From contig CAVWXU010000010.1 of the NCBI GenBank assembly GCA_963759135.1, forward strand, positions 32,260 through 96,259: 64,000 bases of DNA, read 5' to 3'. The notes under the pieces were generated by a model. The model did no database searches. It had not been told where the DNA came from and saw nothing but the letters and a program-made list of their open reading frames with translations. Each line of letters starts with the position of its first letter. The stretch's first letter is position 1. The stretch comes from an uncultured Chloroflexia bacterium (lineage in GTDB: Bacteria; Chloroflexota; Limnocylindria; Limnocylindrales; CSP1-4). This document shows positions 29,017 to 39,741 of this stretch, one piece after another. The position numbers and the translations under genes were made by a program.

Positions 29017-31001
29017 GCGCCATGATGCGGCCCGGCGGCGGCGTCGGCGGCCCACGGCGCGGCCCCATGGGCGGCGGCTTCGGGTTCGGTGGGCGGGGCA
29101 TGGCAGGCGGCAAGCCCAACGATTTCTGGGGCGCCCTGCGTCGGCTCGTCGGGGAACTGCGCCCGGAGCGGCTCTGGATCTCGGTCGTCATGGTGGCCGC
29201 GATCATCGGCGTGATCTTCCAAGTCCTGGCGCCGAGGGTCCTGGCCAACGCCACCAACGATCTCTTCGCGGGCCTGATCGGCAAGGCCCTCTTGCAGTAC
29301 GTCCCGGCCGGCACCTCACAGGCACAGACAGAGCAACTGCTGCGCACCCACGGCCAGGGCCAGATCGCGGACATGCTCTCCGGCATGCACGTGTCGATCG
29401 GCGTCGGCGTCGACTTCGGCGCGGTGGGCACCATCCTGGCGGTGGTGGCCGGGATCTACATCCTCAGCTCGTTCTTCCAGTGGGTCACCTACTACATCAT
29501 GGCCGGCGTGTCCCAGCGCACGGTCTACCGGCTGCGGCGCGAGGTCGACGAGAAGCTCGGCCGCCTGCCCCTGCGCTACTTCGACAGCCATCCTCACGGC
29601 GACACCCTCAGCCGCGTCACCAACGACATCGACAACATCGCCACCACGCTGCAGCAGAGCCTGACGCAGATCCTCACCTCGGTCTTCACCGTGATCGGAG
29701 TGCTCGTCATGATGCTCACCATCAGCCCCCTGCTGGCGGTGATCTCGTTGCTCGTCCTGCCCATGGCCGGCGTGGTGACAGCGCTCATCGCGGGGCGCTC
29801 GCAGAAGCAGTTCGCCATCCAGTGGGAGCAGACGGGCGCCCTGACGGGCCGGGTGGAGGAGACCCACACCGGCCATGCCATCGTCAAGGTGTTCGGGCAT
29901 CAGGACGACTCGGTACGCCACTTCGACGAGGAAAACGAGCAGCTCTTCCAGGCAAGCTTCCGCGCGCAGTTCATCTCCGGGATCATCCAGCCGACGATGA
30001 ACTTCATCGGCAACCTCAACTACGTCGCGATCTGCGTGATCGGCGGGATGCAGGTGGCCTCGGGCCGGATCAGCCTCGGCGACGTGCAGGCGTTCATCCA
30101 GTACTCGCGCATGTTCACCATGCCGATCACGCAGGTGGCCAGCATCGCGAACGTGTTGCAGTCGACGATGGCTTCCGCGGAACGGGTCTTCGATCTTCTC
30201 GACGTCGCAGAGGAGGTGCCCGACACCGCCGAGCCCAGCGTGCTGCGAGAGGCGGTCGGACGCGTCGTCTTCGAAGACGTCTCGTTCCGATACGAGCCGC
30301 AGACGCCACTCATCGAGGACCTCAACGTGGTCGTCGAACCTGGCGAGATGGTCGCCATCGTGGGCCCAACAGGCGCCGGCAAGACCACGCTCGTGAACCT
30401 GCTGATGCGCTTCTACGACGTCGACGGCGGCCGCATCACGGTGGACGGCAACGACGTCCGGGAGTTGACCAGGGACAACCTGCGGAGCACCTTCGGCATG
30501 GTCCTCCAGGACACCTGGCTGTTCGGCGGCACGATTCGGGAGAACATCGCGTACGGTCGTGAGGGCGCCACCGAGGAGCAGATCCAGGAGGCGGCGCGCG
30601 CCGCCCAGGTCGACCACTTCGTGCGCACTCTGGAGCACGGCTACGACACCGCCATCGACGACGAGGCCGCCAACGTGTCACAGGGCCAGCGGCAGCTCCT
30701 CACGATCGCCCGCACGTTCCTCGCAGACCCGCCCATCCTCATCCTCGACGAGGCCACAAGTTCGGTCGACACGCGGACCGAGGTGCTGGTCCAGCGGGCG
30801 ATGACGCGGCTGATGCACGGACGGACTTCGTTCGTCATCGCGCACCGGCTCTCGACGGTGCGCGATGCGGACGAGATCCTGGTCATGAACCACGGCCGCA
30901 TCGTGGAGCAGGGCACCCACGAAGAGCTGCTGGCCCGGCAGGGCTTCTACGCCGAGCTGTACAACAGCCAGTTCGTGGAACCGCTGGCCGAAGCCGTGTA
31001 G
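29013..31001 (+). CDS. ABC exporter, fused permease/ATPase (heterodimer subunit 2)
   Basis: GTGA overlap with subunit 1. Motifs GPTGAGKTT, VSQGQRQLLTIART and ILILDEATS. Confidence 0.9.
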   Translation: MSAMMRPGGGVGGPRRGPMGGGFGFGGRGMAGGKPNDFWGALRRLVGELRPERLWISVVMVAAIIGVIFQVLAPRVLANATNDLFAGLIGKALLQYVPAGTSQAQTEQLLRTHGQGQIADMLSGMHVSIGVGVDFGAVGTILAVVAGIYILSSFFQWVTYYIMAGVSQRTVYRLRREVDEKLGRLPLRYFDSHPHGDTLSRVTNDIDNIATTLQQSLTQILTSVFTVIGVLVMMLTISPLLAVISLLVLPMAGVVTALIAGRSQKQFAIQWEQTGALTGRVEETHTGHAIVKVFGHQDDSVRHFDEENEQLFQASFRAQFISGIIQPTMNFIGNLNYVAICVIGGMQVASGRISLGDVQAFIQYSRMFTMPITQVASIANVLQSTMASAERVFDLLDVAEEVPDTAEPSVLREAVGRVVFEDVSFRYEPQTPLIEDLNVVVEPGEMVAIVGPTGAGKTTLVNLLMRFYDVDGGRITVDGNDVRELTRDNLRSTFGMVLQDTWLFGGTIRENIAYGREGATEEQIQEAARAAQVDHFVRTLEHGYDTAIDDEAANVSQGQRQLLTIARTFLADPPILILDEATSSVDTRTEVLVQRAMTRLMHGRTSFVIAHRLSTVRDADEILVMNHGRIVEQGTHEELLARQGFYAELYNSQFVEPLAEAV

Positions 31002-31193
31002 CTGCCCGAAGCCGGCATCCCGCCGCGCGGGCCATCCTGCCGCGCCGGCGGCTCTGCCGTACGGCCGGCTCTGCCACCGCGGGGCGGTTTCATGCATCCG
31101 CGGGGCCACGCGGACGGGGGTCGCCGTGACCCGACAGGCGCTGCGGCTGGTGCGCTGCGGCGTGGGCGCTGCGGCTTGTGCGCCTCGGCGACG

Positions 31194-31652
31194 TCAGGTC
31201 CCCGCCGCCGCGAACACCGGCCCGAGGACCCGTTCCTGCTGGTCCATGTATGCCCGCAGCACCGCGCCCAGTCGTCGGAGGTGCGCGCGCACGACGACGA
31301 ACTGGCGTCGGGTCGGCGCCCGCGGGAGGCCCTCCCAGTCGGCCTGCACGATCTCGATCATCTCGCGCACGTGCTCGAGCTGCGGGACCAGCAGGCGAGT
31401 TGCCTGGGACGTGCCGGTCAGGCGATCGATCACGGGATGAACGATCGCCTCCTCCCAGTCGAGGTACGGGAGCACGTTGTGCTGGAGCATCTCGAGCAGG
31501 CCGCGCGCGGCGCCTCCGCCGAGCGCCGTGCTCAGGTTCCCCACGCCTTCGGCGGCAAGCGCGACCCTGGCGGCGACTTGCGCGATGTCGCCGCGCTCCT
31601 GTCTCCAGACGCGCCGCACCACGGACGCGGCCCGGCGCTGCGTGAGCGACAC
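31194..31652 (-). CDS. hemerythrin-like (HHE cation-binding) domain protein
   Basis: 152 aa, four-helix pattern with H/E ligand spacing (LLEMLQHNVLPYLDWEEAIVHPV ... HVREMIE ... VRAHLRRL). Confidence 0.6.
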   Translation of the reverse strand: MSLTQRRAASVVRRVWRQERGDIAQVAARVALAAEGVGNLSTALGGGAARGLLEMLQHNVLPYLDWEEAIVHPVIDRLTGTSQATRLLVPQLEHVREMIEIVQADWEGLPRAPTRRQFVVVRAHLRRLGAVLRAYMDQQERVLGPVFAAAGT

Positions 31653-31815
31653 CCCACCCGTCTCCCCTGGGACGCAACAGCCGCCTGATGACCGAGCAAT
31701 GATGGACCCAACGGCGTCGGATGACCAGAGGTTTCGCGGACTCGACTGCGGCTGCTTCGCCGGAACGTCAAGCGTTCACGACTCCAGCTGGTGGTCCGCG
31801 GAATGGGTGCGGACG

Positions 31816-32046
31816 TTACCGCAGGTCGGCCCGCACCGTGGCGGCGTCAGCCCGGGCGTCCACCAGCTGGGTGCGTGCCTGGCCCGGGGCGGATCGGGCG
31901 GCGGTGGCTGCCGTGGTGTCCTTGCCCGCGGCGATGGCCGCGCTGATGCGCGCCTGGAGCCGCGTGTTGGCACCACCGCGGGGCAGGCCGTTCGGCCCCC
32001 CGCGAACACTCGCCCGCCTCTTGGTCGGCTGTGTCGGCCGGTCCAT
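31816..32046 (-). CDS. possible small basic protein (76 aa)
   Basis: MDRPTQPTKRRASVRGG...RLQARISAAIAAGKDTT...VRADLR-TAA. By my hand count of codon third positions this frame is high in GC (roughly 9 of 76 are A/T). The RBS is weak. Confidence 0.3.
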   Translation of the reverse strand: MDRPTQPTKRRASVRGGPNGLPRGGANTRLQARISAAIAAGKDTTAATAARSAPGQARTQLVDARADAATVRADLR

Positions 32047-32098
32047 CCTCGGAGGTGGCCAGGCGGACCCGATGCCCGCTCGGAGCGGGAGGCTCCAG

Positions 32099-32743
32099 AT
32101 GCCCGTCATCACGATCGCGCGCGAATACGGCGCCGGCGGCTCCTCGGTGGCCTCGCTCCTGGCGCAGGCGCTGCATGCGGATGTCGTGGACAAGTCGCTG
32201 ATCGCCGACGTGGCCCGCCGAGCCTCGCTGGCTCCGGCAGAGGTGGAGGCCGAGGACGAGCAGGGCCGCACGGCGCTGGATCGCCTGGCGCGGCTCTTCG
32301 TGCCCATCGGTGAGGCCGCCGCGGGCTGGGCGGTCGATCCCGCGGACCTGCTCGACCATCACGCCGTCATCCTCGACTTCACCCGGGCGGCTCTGCGCGA
32401 AGCCGCCCGCTCGGGAAACGCCGTGATCGTCGGGCGCGGCGGGGCCGCAGAGCTCCGTGACGAACCAGGCGCCTGCCACGTGTTCCTCTGGGCGCCCGAG
32501 CGCGATCGGCTGCCTTCGATCCAGGACCGGCTCGGGTGCGACGAGGCGACGGCTCGCCGCGAGATCCACTCGATGGACGCCCGCCGCGCCGCCTATGTGC
32601 AGGAGCTGTACGGCGTCAACTGGCATGACCGCGCCCTGTACGACATGATCATCAACACCGCCCGCGTGGGATACGCCGGGGCGGCGGCGGCGATCCTCGG
32701 CGTTGTGCGCGACCGTGTAGAGCCGGGGGTGCGGGCGTCGTGA
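32099..32743 (+). CDS. cytidylate-kinase-like family protein
   Basis: MPVITIAREYGAGGSSVA P-loop-like start typical of this family. GGAGCGGGAGG precedes ATG 32099. Confidence 0.8.
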   Translation: MPVITIAREYGAGGSSVASLLAQALHADVVDKSLIADVARRASLAPAEVEAEDEQGRTALDRLARLFVPIGEAAAGWAVDPADLLDHHAVILDFTRAALREAARSGNAVIVGRGGAAELRDEPGACHVFLWAPERDRLPSIQDRLGCDEATARREIHSMDARRAAYVQELYGVNWHDRALYDMIINTARVGYAGAAAAILGVVRDRVEPGVRAS

Positions 32744-32916
32744 TCGGCGGGGCCGGCGCCGCGACGCCCTCTCCTCGCCCCGGCCCCTCGCGCTGAGCAC
32801 GGCGGGATGACGCTCGTCGGAACGGGAACGCAGCAGAGATAGGTCCGGGGTCGGCCGGCTGCGACGGTGCGATCGCGCCCCGTCGGAGACGACCCGGGCG
32901 CCGTGGAGGTGGAGCG

Positions 32917-33845
32917 ATGCGCTACGTGGAGTCCGGAGGCCTGCGCCTGTCGGCGATCGGTCTCGGGACGTGGCAATTCGGGTCGCGCGAATGGGCGTAC
33001 GGGCCCGCCTACGCGGGGGAGGTCGCCCCGGCCATCGTGCGGCGCGCGATCGATCTCGGGGTCAACCTGATCGACACCGCCGAGATGTACGGCTTCGGGA
33101 GCTCCGAGCGCATCGTGGGCCAGGCGATCGAAGGCCGTCGCGACGGGCTCGTCGTCGCGACGAAGCTCGTGCCGGTGCTCCCCCTGCCGTCGGTGGTGGA
33201 CTGGCAGGCTCGAGGCAGTCTGCGCCGCCTCGGCGTGGACGCCATCGACCTGTATCAGGTCCACTTCCCGAATCCGCTGGTCTCCGCGCGCTCGACCATG
33301 GCGGCACTTGGCCCGCTCGTGGCGCACGGTGTCGTGCGCCACGTCGGCGTCAGCAACTACTCGCTGGGGCGCTGGCGGGCAAGCGAGCATGCCCTTGGCC
33401 ATCCCATTCTCACGAACCAGGTGCGCTTCAGCCTGGCCGCGCCCCTGCCCGATGGGAACTGGTGCCGTATGCCCGCGATGCGGGGCACGTGATCATCGCC
33501 TACAGTCCGCTCGGACAGGGCTTCCTCGCCGGCCAGCACGGTGCGCAAGATCCGGCGCCGGCCGGCGTGCGCCGGCGCAATCGACTGTTCCGGCCGCGGA
33601 TGGTGGCCTCCGCGCAGCCGCTCCTTGGCACGCTCCGCGAGGTCGCGGCCGCCCATGCCGCCACGCCCGGGCAGGTTGCCCTGGCCTGGCTCATCGCTCA
33701 CGGAAACGTCGTGGCCATCCCGGGCGCCTCCAGCGTCGCGCAGCTCGAAGAGAACGTCGCCGCGGCGGACCTCGAACTGAGCGGCGCCGAGTTCGGACGG
33801 CTCAGCGCCGAGGCCATGCGCTTCGCAGGAGCCGGCGCAGGCTAG
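32917..33845 (+). pseudogene. aldo/keto reductase, single frameshift in the G run at 33454-33456
   Basis: ORF 32917..33492 (GLGTWQFG, IDTAEMYG, DLYQVH) continues in ORF 32970..33845 (ELVPYARDAGHVIIAYSPLGQGFL ... AIPGASSVAQLEEN). Adding one G restores PLPDGELVPY. Confidence 0.85.
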
Positions 33846-33899
33846 GTTCGGGAGCCGACTGGCAGGCGCGGCAACGGCTGGTCGGTCGGTCTTCTCTCA

Positions 33900-35351
33900 C
33901 TACCGCAGGGGCGCGAGCGAGGCCGCCGCAACGGCCTGTCCGTGTCGCTTGTCCCGCTCCGAGACGGCGTGGAACGTGATGGAGCCGGCGAAGTCCGGAT
34001 CCTCGACTCGCAGGACCTCGCGCGCCCGGTCGCGGATCAGCTCGCCACCGGATCCCGTCATCACGCGGCCGAGGAGCAGCAGGTGTTCGAACTCGTACGC
34101 GCGGCGGTATTCGAGCAGCGCATAGCCCAGGTAGGCACCGATCGTCTCGTACACGCCGATCGCGCGCCGGTCCCCCGCCGCCGCGAGCTCCTGGACGCGC
34201 TCGAGTCGCTCGGGCAGGGACGATGCCGGATCGACGTCGATGCCGGCCGGGACGAGCAGCCTCGCAACGGCCTGCTGGGACAGGTACTGCGCACCGCAGC
34301 CGAGATCGCCGGACCACTCGTCCACAGGCGCGGCGGCGGCGAAGTCGATGGGCACGAAGGCGAGCTCGTTGAGCCACCCGGTGAGGCGCCCGTCGGCGGT
34401 GACATAGCCGGCGGCCTCGCTCGACCCGAGTGCAATCCCGAGCAGCGCGCCCGCGCCCGACAGCATGGATCCCGCGAGCGCCGTCACGTCCCCGTCGTTG
34501 ACGACCACGAACGGGACGTCGCCCCACGCGTGTCGCAGCTCGCCGAAGAGGCCTCGCACGCGGCGCTCGAACAGCTCACGGGGCACCGACCGGAACAACG
34601 ACGAGACCCGCACCTCGCCGTCGCGATAGACGCCGGCTGCGCTGCCGCCGATCGCGTCCACGCGCGGCAGGTGGGCGGCGGCGCCGCGGAGCGAGGCCAT
34701 GATCTGGTCGACGTGCCACTGCGGGTCGCCGTGTCCCGACGGGTCCCAGGGGATCTCCTCGCTGAAGACGACGGTCCCGTCGATCACCGCAGCCGCCTTG
34801 CGGTCGCTGGCGCCCAGGTCGAACCCGATCCGGCAGCCGTCGACGTGCCGCCCGAGCGCGGTGGTCGAGTCACGTGGCTCCGGGATCTCGTCGCGCGACA
34901 CGCGGACGATCTCGAACGGCTCGCCGTACACCGCCTCGCCCATGATGCCGGCGTCGAAGGTTCCGGCAGCATCCTCGGCATAGTGGCGGCGCAGCGCGTC
35001 GACGAGCCGCGACGGGCCGGCGACGAGGACGCGGCAGCCTCCGTGCGACCAGAGGAGGGACTTGAGCTGCCGCTCCACCAACCAGTGGCCGAGCGCGGCA
35101 TCCCGGTGCGCGTCGGCGAGGGCCCAGGTGTGGCGCACGGCAATACCGCCGCCCGGCTGCTCGAGCGCCAGCGAGACCGGCTCGACGCCCGGCGAGGCTC
35201 GCAGGAACGACTCGGCGCGATTGTGCGCGAGGAATGCCGGGCGGAACCGGGGATCGAGGGGCGCGACGACGCGCGGTTCGACGAGGAGTCGAGCCAGCGC
35301 CGCCGGCCGTGCCGGTCCGGGCCTCGGACGCTCGCCACGCGGGACGGTCAC
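33900..35351 (-). CDS. ASKHA-fold sugar kinase (ROK-like) with an N-terminal extension of about 190 aa
   Basis: GTG 35351 overlaps the SIS gene stop (GTGA). Sequence RIGFDLGASDRKAAAVIDG ... VVVNDGDVTALAG. I recognise nothing in the N-terminal domain. Confidence 0.75.
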   Translation of the reverse strand: MTVPRGERPRPGPARPAALARLLVEPRVVAPLDPRFRPAFLAHNRAESFLRASPGVEPVSLALEQPGGGIAVRHTWALADAHRDAALGHWLVERQLKSLLWSHGGCRVLVAGPSRLVDALRRHYAEDAAGTFDAGIMGEAVYGEPFEIVRVSRDEIPEPRDSTTALGRHVDGCRIGFDLGASDRKAAAVIDGTVVFSEEIPWDPSGHGDPQWHVDQIMASLRGAAAHLPRVDAIGGSAAGVYRDGEVRVSSLFRSVPRELFERRVRGLFGELRHAWGDVPFVVVNDGDVTALAGSMLSGAGALLGIALGSSEAAGYVTADGRLTGWLNELAFVPIDFAAAAPVDEWSGDLGCGAQYLSQQAVARLLVPAGIDVDPASSLPERLERVQELAAAGDRRAIGVYETIGAYLGYALLEYRRAYEFEHLLLLGRVMTGSGGELIRDRAREVLRVEDPDFAGSITFHAVSERDKRHGQAVAAASLAPLR

Positions 35352-36445
35352 CGGGTGAGCGTGATCTTCGAGATGTTGCGCGGAGCCTCCGTGTCGACGC
35401 CCCGCGCCCGAGCCAGGTAATACGCGAACAGCTGCGCGGGGATGATCGCGACGAGCGGCGCCAGCCACTCCGGCACGGCGGGCAGCAGCACGCCGTCTCC
35501 GATGTCGAGCGCGGCCCGCGCGTCAGAGAGGATCAGCAGCCGGGCGCGCGCCTCGCGGAGCCGGCCGAGCAGCTCGAGCATGCCCGGCATCGCGGGGCCC
35601 GAGGTGGCGACCGCGAGGACTGGAAACCCCGCCTCGACGAGGGCGATCGGCCCGTGCTGGAAGTCCGCGGCGGAGTAGGGGTCCGCGAGCACGTAGGCGA
35701 GCTCCTTGAGCTTGAGGGCCCACTCGCGTGCCGTGGCGTAGTGGAACCCGCGCGCCAGCACCGCACAGCGGTTCTCCCCGGCCCACGAGGCGGCAAGCCG
35801 GACGACCTCGGCCTCGACCTCGAACGCCGCGCGAAGCGCCGCCGGGAGAGCGGCGAGCTGCTCGGCCGACTCGCGATCTGCGGAGAGCGCAGACGAGAGC
35901 ATCGCGATGAGCGCGATCTCGGCGAGGTACGTCTTCGTCGCCGCCACCGCGACCTCGGGGCCCGCTTCGAGCTCGATCACGTCGTCTGCGGCGGCGGCGA
36001 GGTCGGACGCGGGCTCGTTCGTGATCGCGACGGCAAGCGCCCCCTGGCGGCGCGCCTCCGCCAGCACCGCCACCACGTCGGGCGACCGCCCGGACTGGGA
36101 GATGCCGAGCACGACCGCGTTGCGCAGCCGCGGTGGGGCGCCGTACAGCGTCACGAGCGACGGCGCCGCCAGCGCGACCTGGAGCCCATTGCGGGCTCCG
36201 AGGACGTACTGGGCGTAGACGGCCGCATGATCCGACGTTCCCCGGGCCGCGATGACGACGGTGTCGACGGGTCGCTCTCGCATCGCCCGGGCGACGGCGT
36301 CGACCTGGTCGTGCGCCCGTGCGAGCAGGCCCTCCACGATGTCGGGTCCCTGGCCCAGCTCTGCGCGGGTGCCGGCGGTCACCGGGCGCTCCCGCGATCG
36401 CCGGCGCCGGTGCGATCGTCGGTCTCGAAGTGCATCGTGGCTCAC
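35348..36445 (-). CDS. double-SIS-domain sugar-phosphate isomerase/deaminase (GlmS isomerase half / AgaS / NagB-II-like)
   Basis: GTSDHAA, LGISQSGRSPDVV, AATKTY and no glutaminase domain. Confidence 0.85.
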   Translation of the reverse strand: MSHDALRDRRSHRRRRSRERPVTAGTRAELGQGPDIVEGLLARAHDQVDAVARAMRERPVDTVVIAARGTSDHAAVYAQYVLGARNGLQVALAAPSLVTLYGAPPRLRNAVVLGISQSGRSPDVVAVLAEARRQGALAVAITNEPASDLAAAADDVIELEAGPEVAVAATKTYLAEIALIAMLSSALSADRESAEQLAALPAALRAAFEVEAEVVRLAASWAGENRCAVLARGFHYATAREWALKLKELAYVLADPYSAADFQHGPIALVEAGFPVLAVATSGPAMPGMLELLGRLREARARLLILSDARAALDIGDGVLLPAVPEWLAPLVAIIPAQLFAYYLARARGVDTEAPRNISKITLTR

Positions 36446-36475
36446 GCTAGCACCCCCGCGGCTTGACCCGGCAGG

Positions 36476-37144
36476 TCAGGCGGTCCGCGTTCCTGCCGCA
36501 TCGAGCGCCATCGCCCGCTGAAGCGCAGCGGCCCGCATGTCGGCGGCGATCTCGACCGGACCCCCCAGCGCCAGCGCGTTGATCGCCGCCTGCGCGGCCT
36601 CTTCGACGACCCCGCCGACCAGGACGGCCAGCTCCGGTGTTCGGTGGAAGACGAGCACCCCGTGGTTGGCCAGTAGCACGGCAGGCACGCCGGGCCGGAC
36701 GGCCGCGCGGATGCTGGCGACCGCCTGATCGGATCCCCGTGGCGCGTAGCCGGCGATCGGCACGCCGTCGGCCAGCCCGAACATCGCGAGCGCCTCGATC
36801 CAGCAGGCGATCGGGCGGTTCGCTACGGCAAACGCGGTCGCGTACGGGGAATGGGTGTGGACCACGCAGCCGACGTCGGGGCCGTCTCGGTACATCGCCG
36901 TGTGCATGGCCACCACCGCGCTCTGGATCGGGGGCAGGCGGCCCTCGAGCAGGGTCCCGTCCAGGCCCACGCGGACGATGCCTTCCGGCGTGAGACCCTT
37001 CAGCGACGGGGCGGCGGTGAAGTACATCTCGTCCGCGCTCGGAGCGCGCACGCTGACGTTCCCGTGCCCATTGGCCGAGATGGCTCCACCCGCGACCACG
37101 CGCGCGGCGGCGTCCAGCACCTGGTCGACAAGGCTTCTGTCCAC
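36476..37144 (-). CDS. class II aldolase/adducin family protein (FucA/AraD-like)
   Basis: GTG 37144 follows GAAGGAG. Motifs GHGNVSVR, HTHSPYATAF, ANHGVLVF. Confidence 0.85.
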   Translation of the reverse strand: MDRSLVDQVLDAAARVVAGGAISANGHGNVSVRAPSADEMYFTAAPSLKGLTPEGIVRVGLDGTLLEGRLPPIQSAVVAMHTAMYRDGPDVGCVVHTHSPYATAFAVANRPIACWIEALAMFGLADGVPIAGYAPRGSDQAVASIRAAVRPGVPAVLLANHGVLVFHRTPELAVLVGGVVEEAAQAAINALALGGPVEIAADMRAAALQRAMALDAAGTRTA

Positions 37145-37181
37145 TCTGTATCTCCTTCGTCCGTAGCCGGGGATCGTGAGC

Positions 37182-38351
37182 CTACGTCCTCGCGCGGGAA
37201 GGGGGTCGCGCCGAGGGCGCCGCCGGGCTCGGACCCGGGAACCACCGACCTCCCCGCATGACCCTTCGCACGTTAAACGCCTCATCGAGCTCCACGAGGT
37301 CCGCGCGGAGGCCGGGGGCGATTCGCCCGCGGTCGGCCACCCCGATCAGCGCCAGCGGGTTGGCGCTTGCGGCGGTGGCAATGCGCGGCAGACCCACCCC
37401 GAACAGCGCCAGGTTTCGCACGGACGTGTCGAGCGCGATCACGGAACCCGCCAGTGCGCCATTGGACACGAGCGTGCATCGGTCGCCCCGCACCTCCACC
37501 TCGAGGCCGCCGAGGAATCCATGCCGCTGAGGCGTCCCGGCCAGCTCGATCCCGTCGCTCACAAGGATGAGTCGATCCGATGGCTTCGTGCGCAGGACCA
37601 GCGGCCACAGCACCCGATCGACGTGGTGACCGTCCGCGATGAGCTCAGCGTAGACATCGTCGCGCGCCAGGGCCACCGCGGCAAGACCCGGCGTGTGCTG
37701 ATGGACCCCGGACATCGCGTTGAACAGGTGGGTGGTGCTGCGCGCGCCGGCGTCGTATCCCGCCTGGGCCTCGGCGGCGGTCGCCACGGAATGGCCGAGC
37801 GAGCTGACGACGCCGCGCGCCGTGAGCCACCGGATCAGGTCGATCGCCCCGGGCGTTTCCGGCGCAATGGTCGTGAGGCGGAGGCTGCCCAGCAGCGGCT
37901 CGAGGTCCTCGAAGGCTACGTTGGCCGCCGTTTGCACAAATGCCGGGTTCTGCGCGCCCACGCGTTGCGGCGAAATGAACGGCCCCTCGAGGTTGAAGCC
38001 CAGCGCCGCCGCTCCGTCGTCCGGCGCGACGGGGATCCACGCGCGCACCCGTTCGGCGAACGTGCGCAGGACTTCGAGTGGGGCGGTCACCGCCGTGGGC
38101 AGGAAGGACGTGACGCCCCGGCGGAGCAGTGCGCGAGACATGCCGTCGAGGGAGGACCCCGAGCGCATCGCGTCGTGCCCGCCCCAGCCGTGGACGTGGA
38201 CGTCCACGAACCCTGGCATGATCCACGGGCCGCTCGCCTCCTGGCGGTCCGGCTCCAGGGCCGCGATGCGGTCCCCTTCCAGGATCACGCGGCCTGGTTC
38301 GACGCGATCTTCGAGCACGAGGCGGCCGCGAACCGGCCTGTCTCCACTCAT
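37182..38351 (-). CDS. nagA: N-acetylglucosamine-6-phosphate deacetylase
   Basis: PGFVDVHVHGWGGHD, LPTAVTAP and HLFNAM motifs; 389 aa. Confidence 0.9.
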   Translation of the reverse strand: MSGDRPVRGRLVLEDRVEPGRVILEGDRIAALEPDRQEASGPWIMPGFVDVHVHGWGGHDAMRSGSSLDGMSRALLRRGVTSFLPTAVTAPLEVLRTFAERVRAWIPVAPDDGAAALGFNLEGPFISPQRVGAQNPAFVQTAANVAFEDLEPLLGSLRLTTIAPETPGAIDLIRWLTARGVVSSLGHSVATAAEAQAGYDAGARSTTHLFNAMSGVHQHTPGLAAVALARDDVYAELIADGHHVDRVLWPLVLRTKPSDRLILVSDGIELAGTPQRHGFLGGLEVEVRGDRCTLVSNGALAGSVIALDTSVRNLALFGVGLPRIATAASANPLALIGVADRGRIAPGLRADLVELDEAFNVRRVMRGGRWFPGPSPAAPSARPPSRART

Positions 38352-38486
38352 CGCTCCCTCTCCTCCCTGCGGCCGCTCCGCCGACGAACGAGCGGGTCCG
38401 CCAGCCGCGACGCCGGCTCGCTCGCTCCGCGTCCGCGGGGCGGGCGGCCAGCAGTAGCCTCACAGGCTGCGCTGCGTGCTGCTCAT

Positions 38487-39741
38487 TCAGGCGCGGCGCG
38501 CCTCGTGCGTGCCGGGCGCGGGCTCCTCGCGCAGCACCTCGACCAGGAACGCCGCCGCTGCGACGGCCGCCCGCAGGCGGCCATGCGCACCGCGCTGGAA
38601 GAGGGCGAGCTCCAGCTGCCGGTCCCAGGCGTCGACGGCAGACGCGACGGCGACGTGAACGGCGGTGGACGCCGGCCCCTCCCGGGCGACGAGCGCGAGC
38701 CCGATGGAACCGCCGCCGTCGCGGGCGGCGGCGGCAGCGGCGGCCTCGAGCCCGTGGTCCATCATGTCACGAGACGCGGTGTCGCCGAATGAGACGGCCC
38801 GAGCGAGACGCGGCGATATCGGCGAGCAGCAGGCCGAGCTGGCCCCGCGTCCCGGCCTCCACGGTGGCGAGGGTGGCCGCGGACGCGTCGAGGGACTCCG
38901 ACACGAGCTCGCCCCACGATGTTCGCCCCTCGGCCCAGACGTGCTGCGGCAGTCTGTGTCGGACTTCGTCGGCCGTTGCGTCGACGATAGCCGACGCAGA
39001 CCGGGCCTCTCCGGTGGGCGTCGCCTCGTCGACCGCCGAGATCCTGATGTCGAGCCATTCCGGGCCGGCGTAGGTGGCGACAACCGGGTTGCTGCGCCGC
39101 AACCAGGCGTCGCCAAGGCGATCGACGACGGCCGACTCGCCGATCCCGTACGTGCGCAGCGTCCGGACGACTCGCCCGTCGCCCAGGCCGCGCCGCCTGA
39201 GTCGCGGCAGCACCCAACCCTGCCACATCGGCCGCATCTCGCGCGGCGGGCCCGGGAGGAGGACGACCACCCGCCCCTCGCCAGCGTCCACCCACCAACC
39301 GGGCGCCGTGCCCTGATCGTTGGGGATCGGCGTGGCCGAGGGGATGAGCCACGCCTGCTTCAGGTTCACGTCCAGCAGGGGCATGCCGCGCCCCGCGAAC
39401 AGGTCACGGAGCCATGCCTCGAGCGTGGGGTCGACCGCAGGTTCCTCGCCCAGGGCGGCGGCGACCGCCTCGCGGGTCAGGTCGTCGGGCGTAGGACCGA
39501 GGCCGCCCGTCAGCACCACGAGGTCGACGGCTTCCATCGCCGACCGGGCGTGGGCGGTCACGGAGGACAGGTCATCGGGAAGGGCAACGATCCGGCGGAC
39601 CGAGATGCCCTCCGAGGACAGGGAGGCCGCGAGCTCACCGCCGTTCGTGTCACGCGTCTCGCCCGTGGTGAGCTCGGTGCCGACAGCGAACAGCTCGGCC
39701 GTGCGGATGACCCTCGAAGCTGGCGCACGCGACTCGGTCAT
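38487..39741 (-). pseudogene. cinA: CinA-like competence/damage-inducible protein, single frameshift near 38820-38835
   Basis: The MoCF-type N-domain (ELFAVGTELTTGE ... VLTGGLGPTPDD) is in ORF 38767..39846. The C-terminal PncC-like part (...IGLALVAREGP...RLRAAVAAAAFLVEVL) is in ORF 38487..39116, one frame over. Confidence 0.8.

Noticed and set aside
31002-31193. Possible terminator between the convergent ABC exporter and hemerythrin genes (two CCGCGGGG segments)
   Set aside because: The two segments are direct repeats, not inverted repeats. Only the self-complementary CCGCGG core could pair, and there is no U tract.
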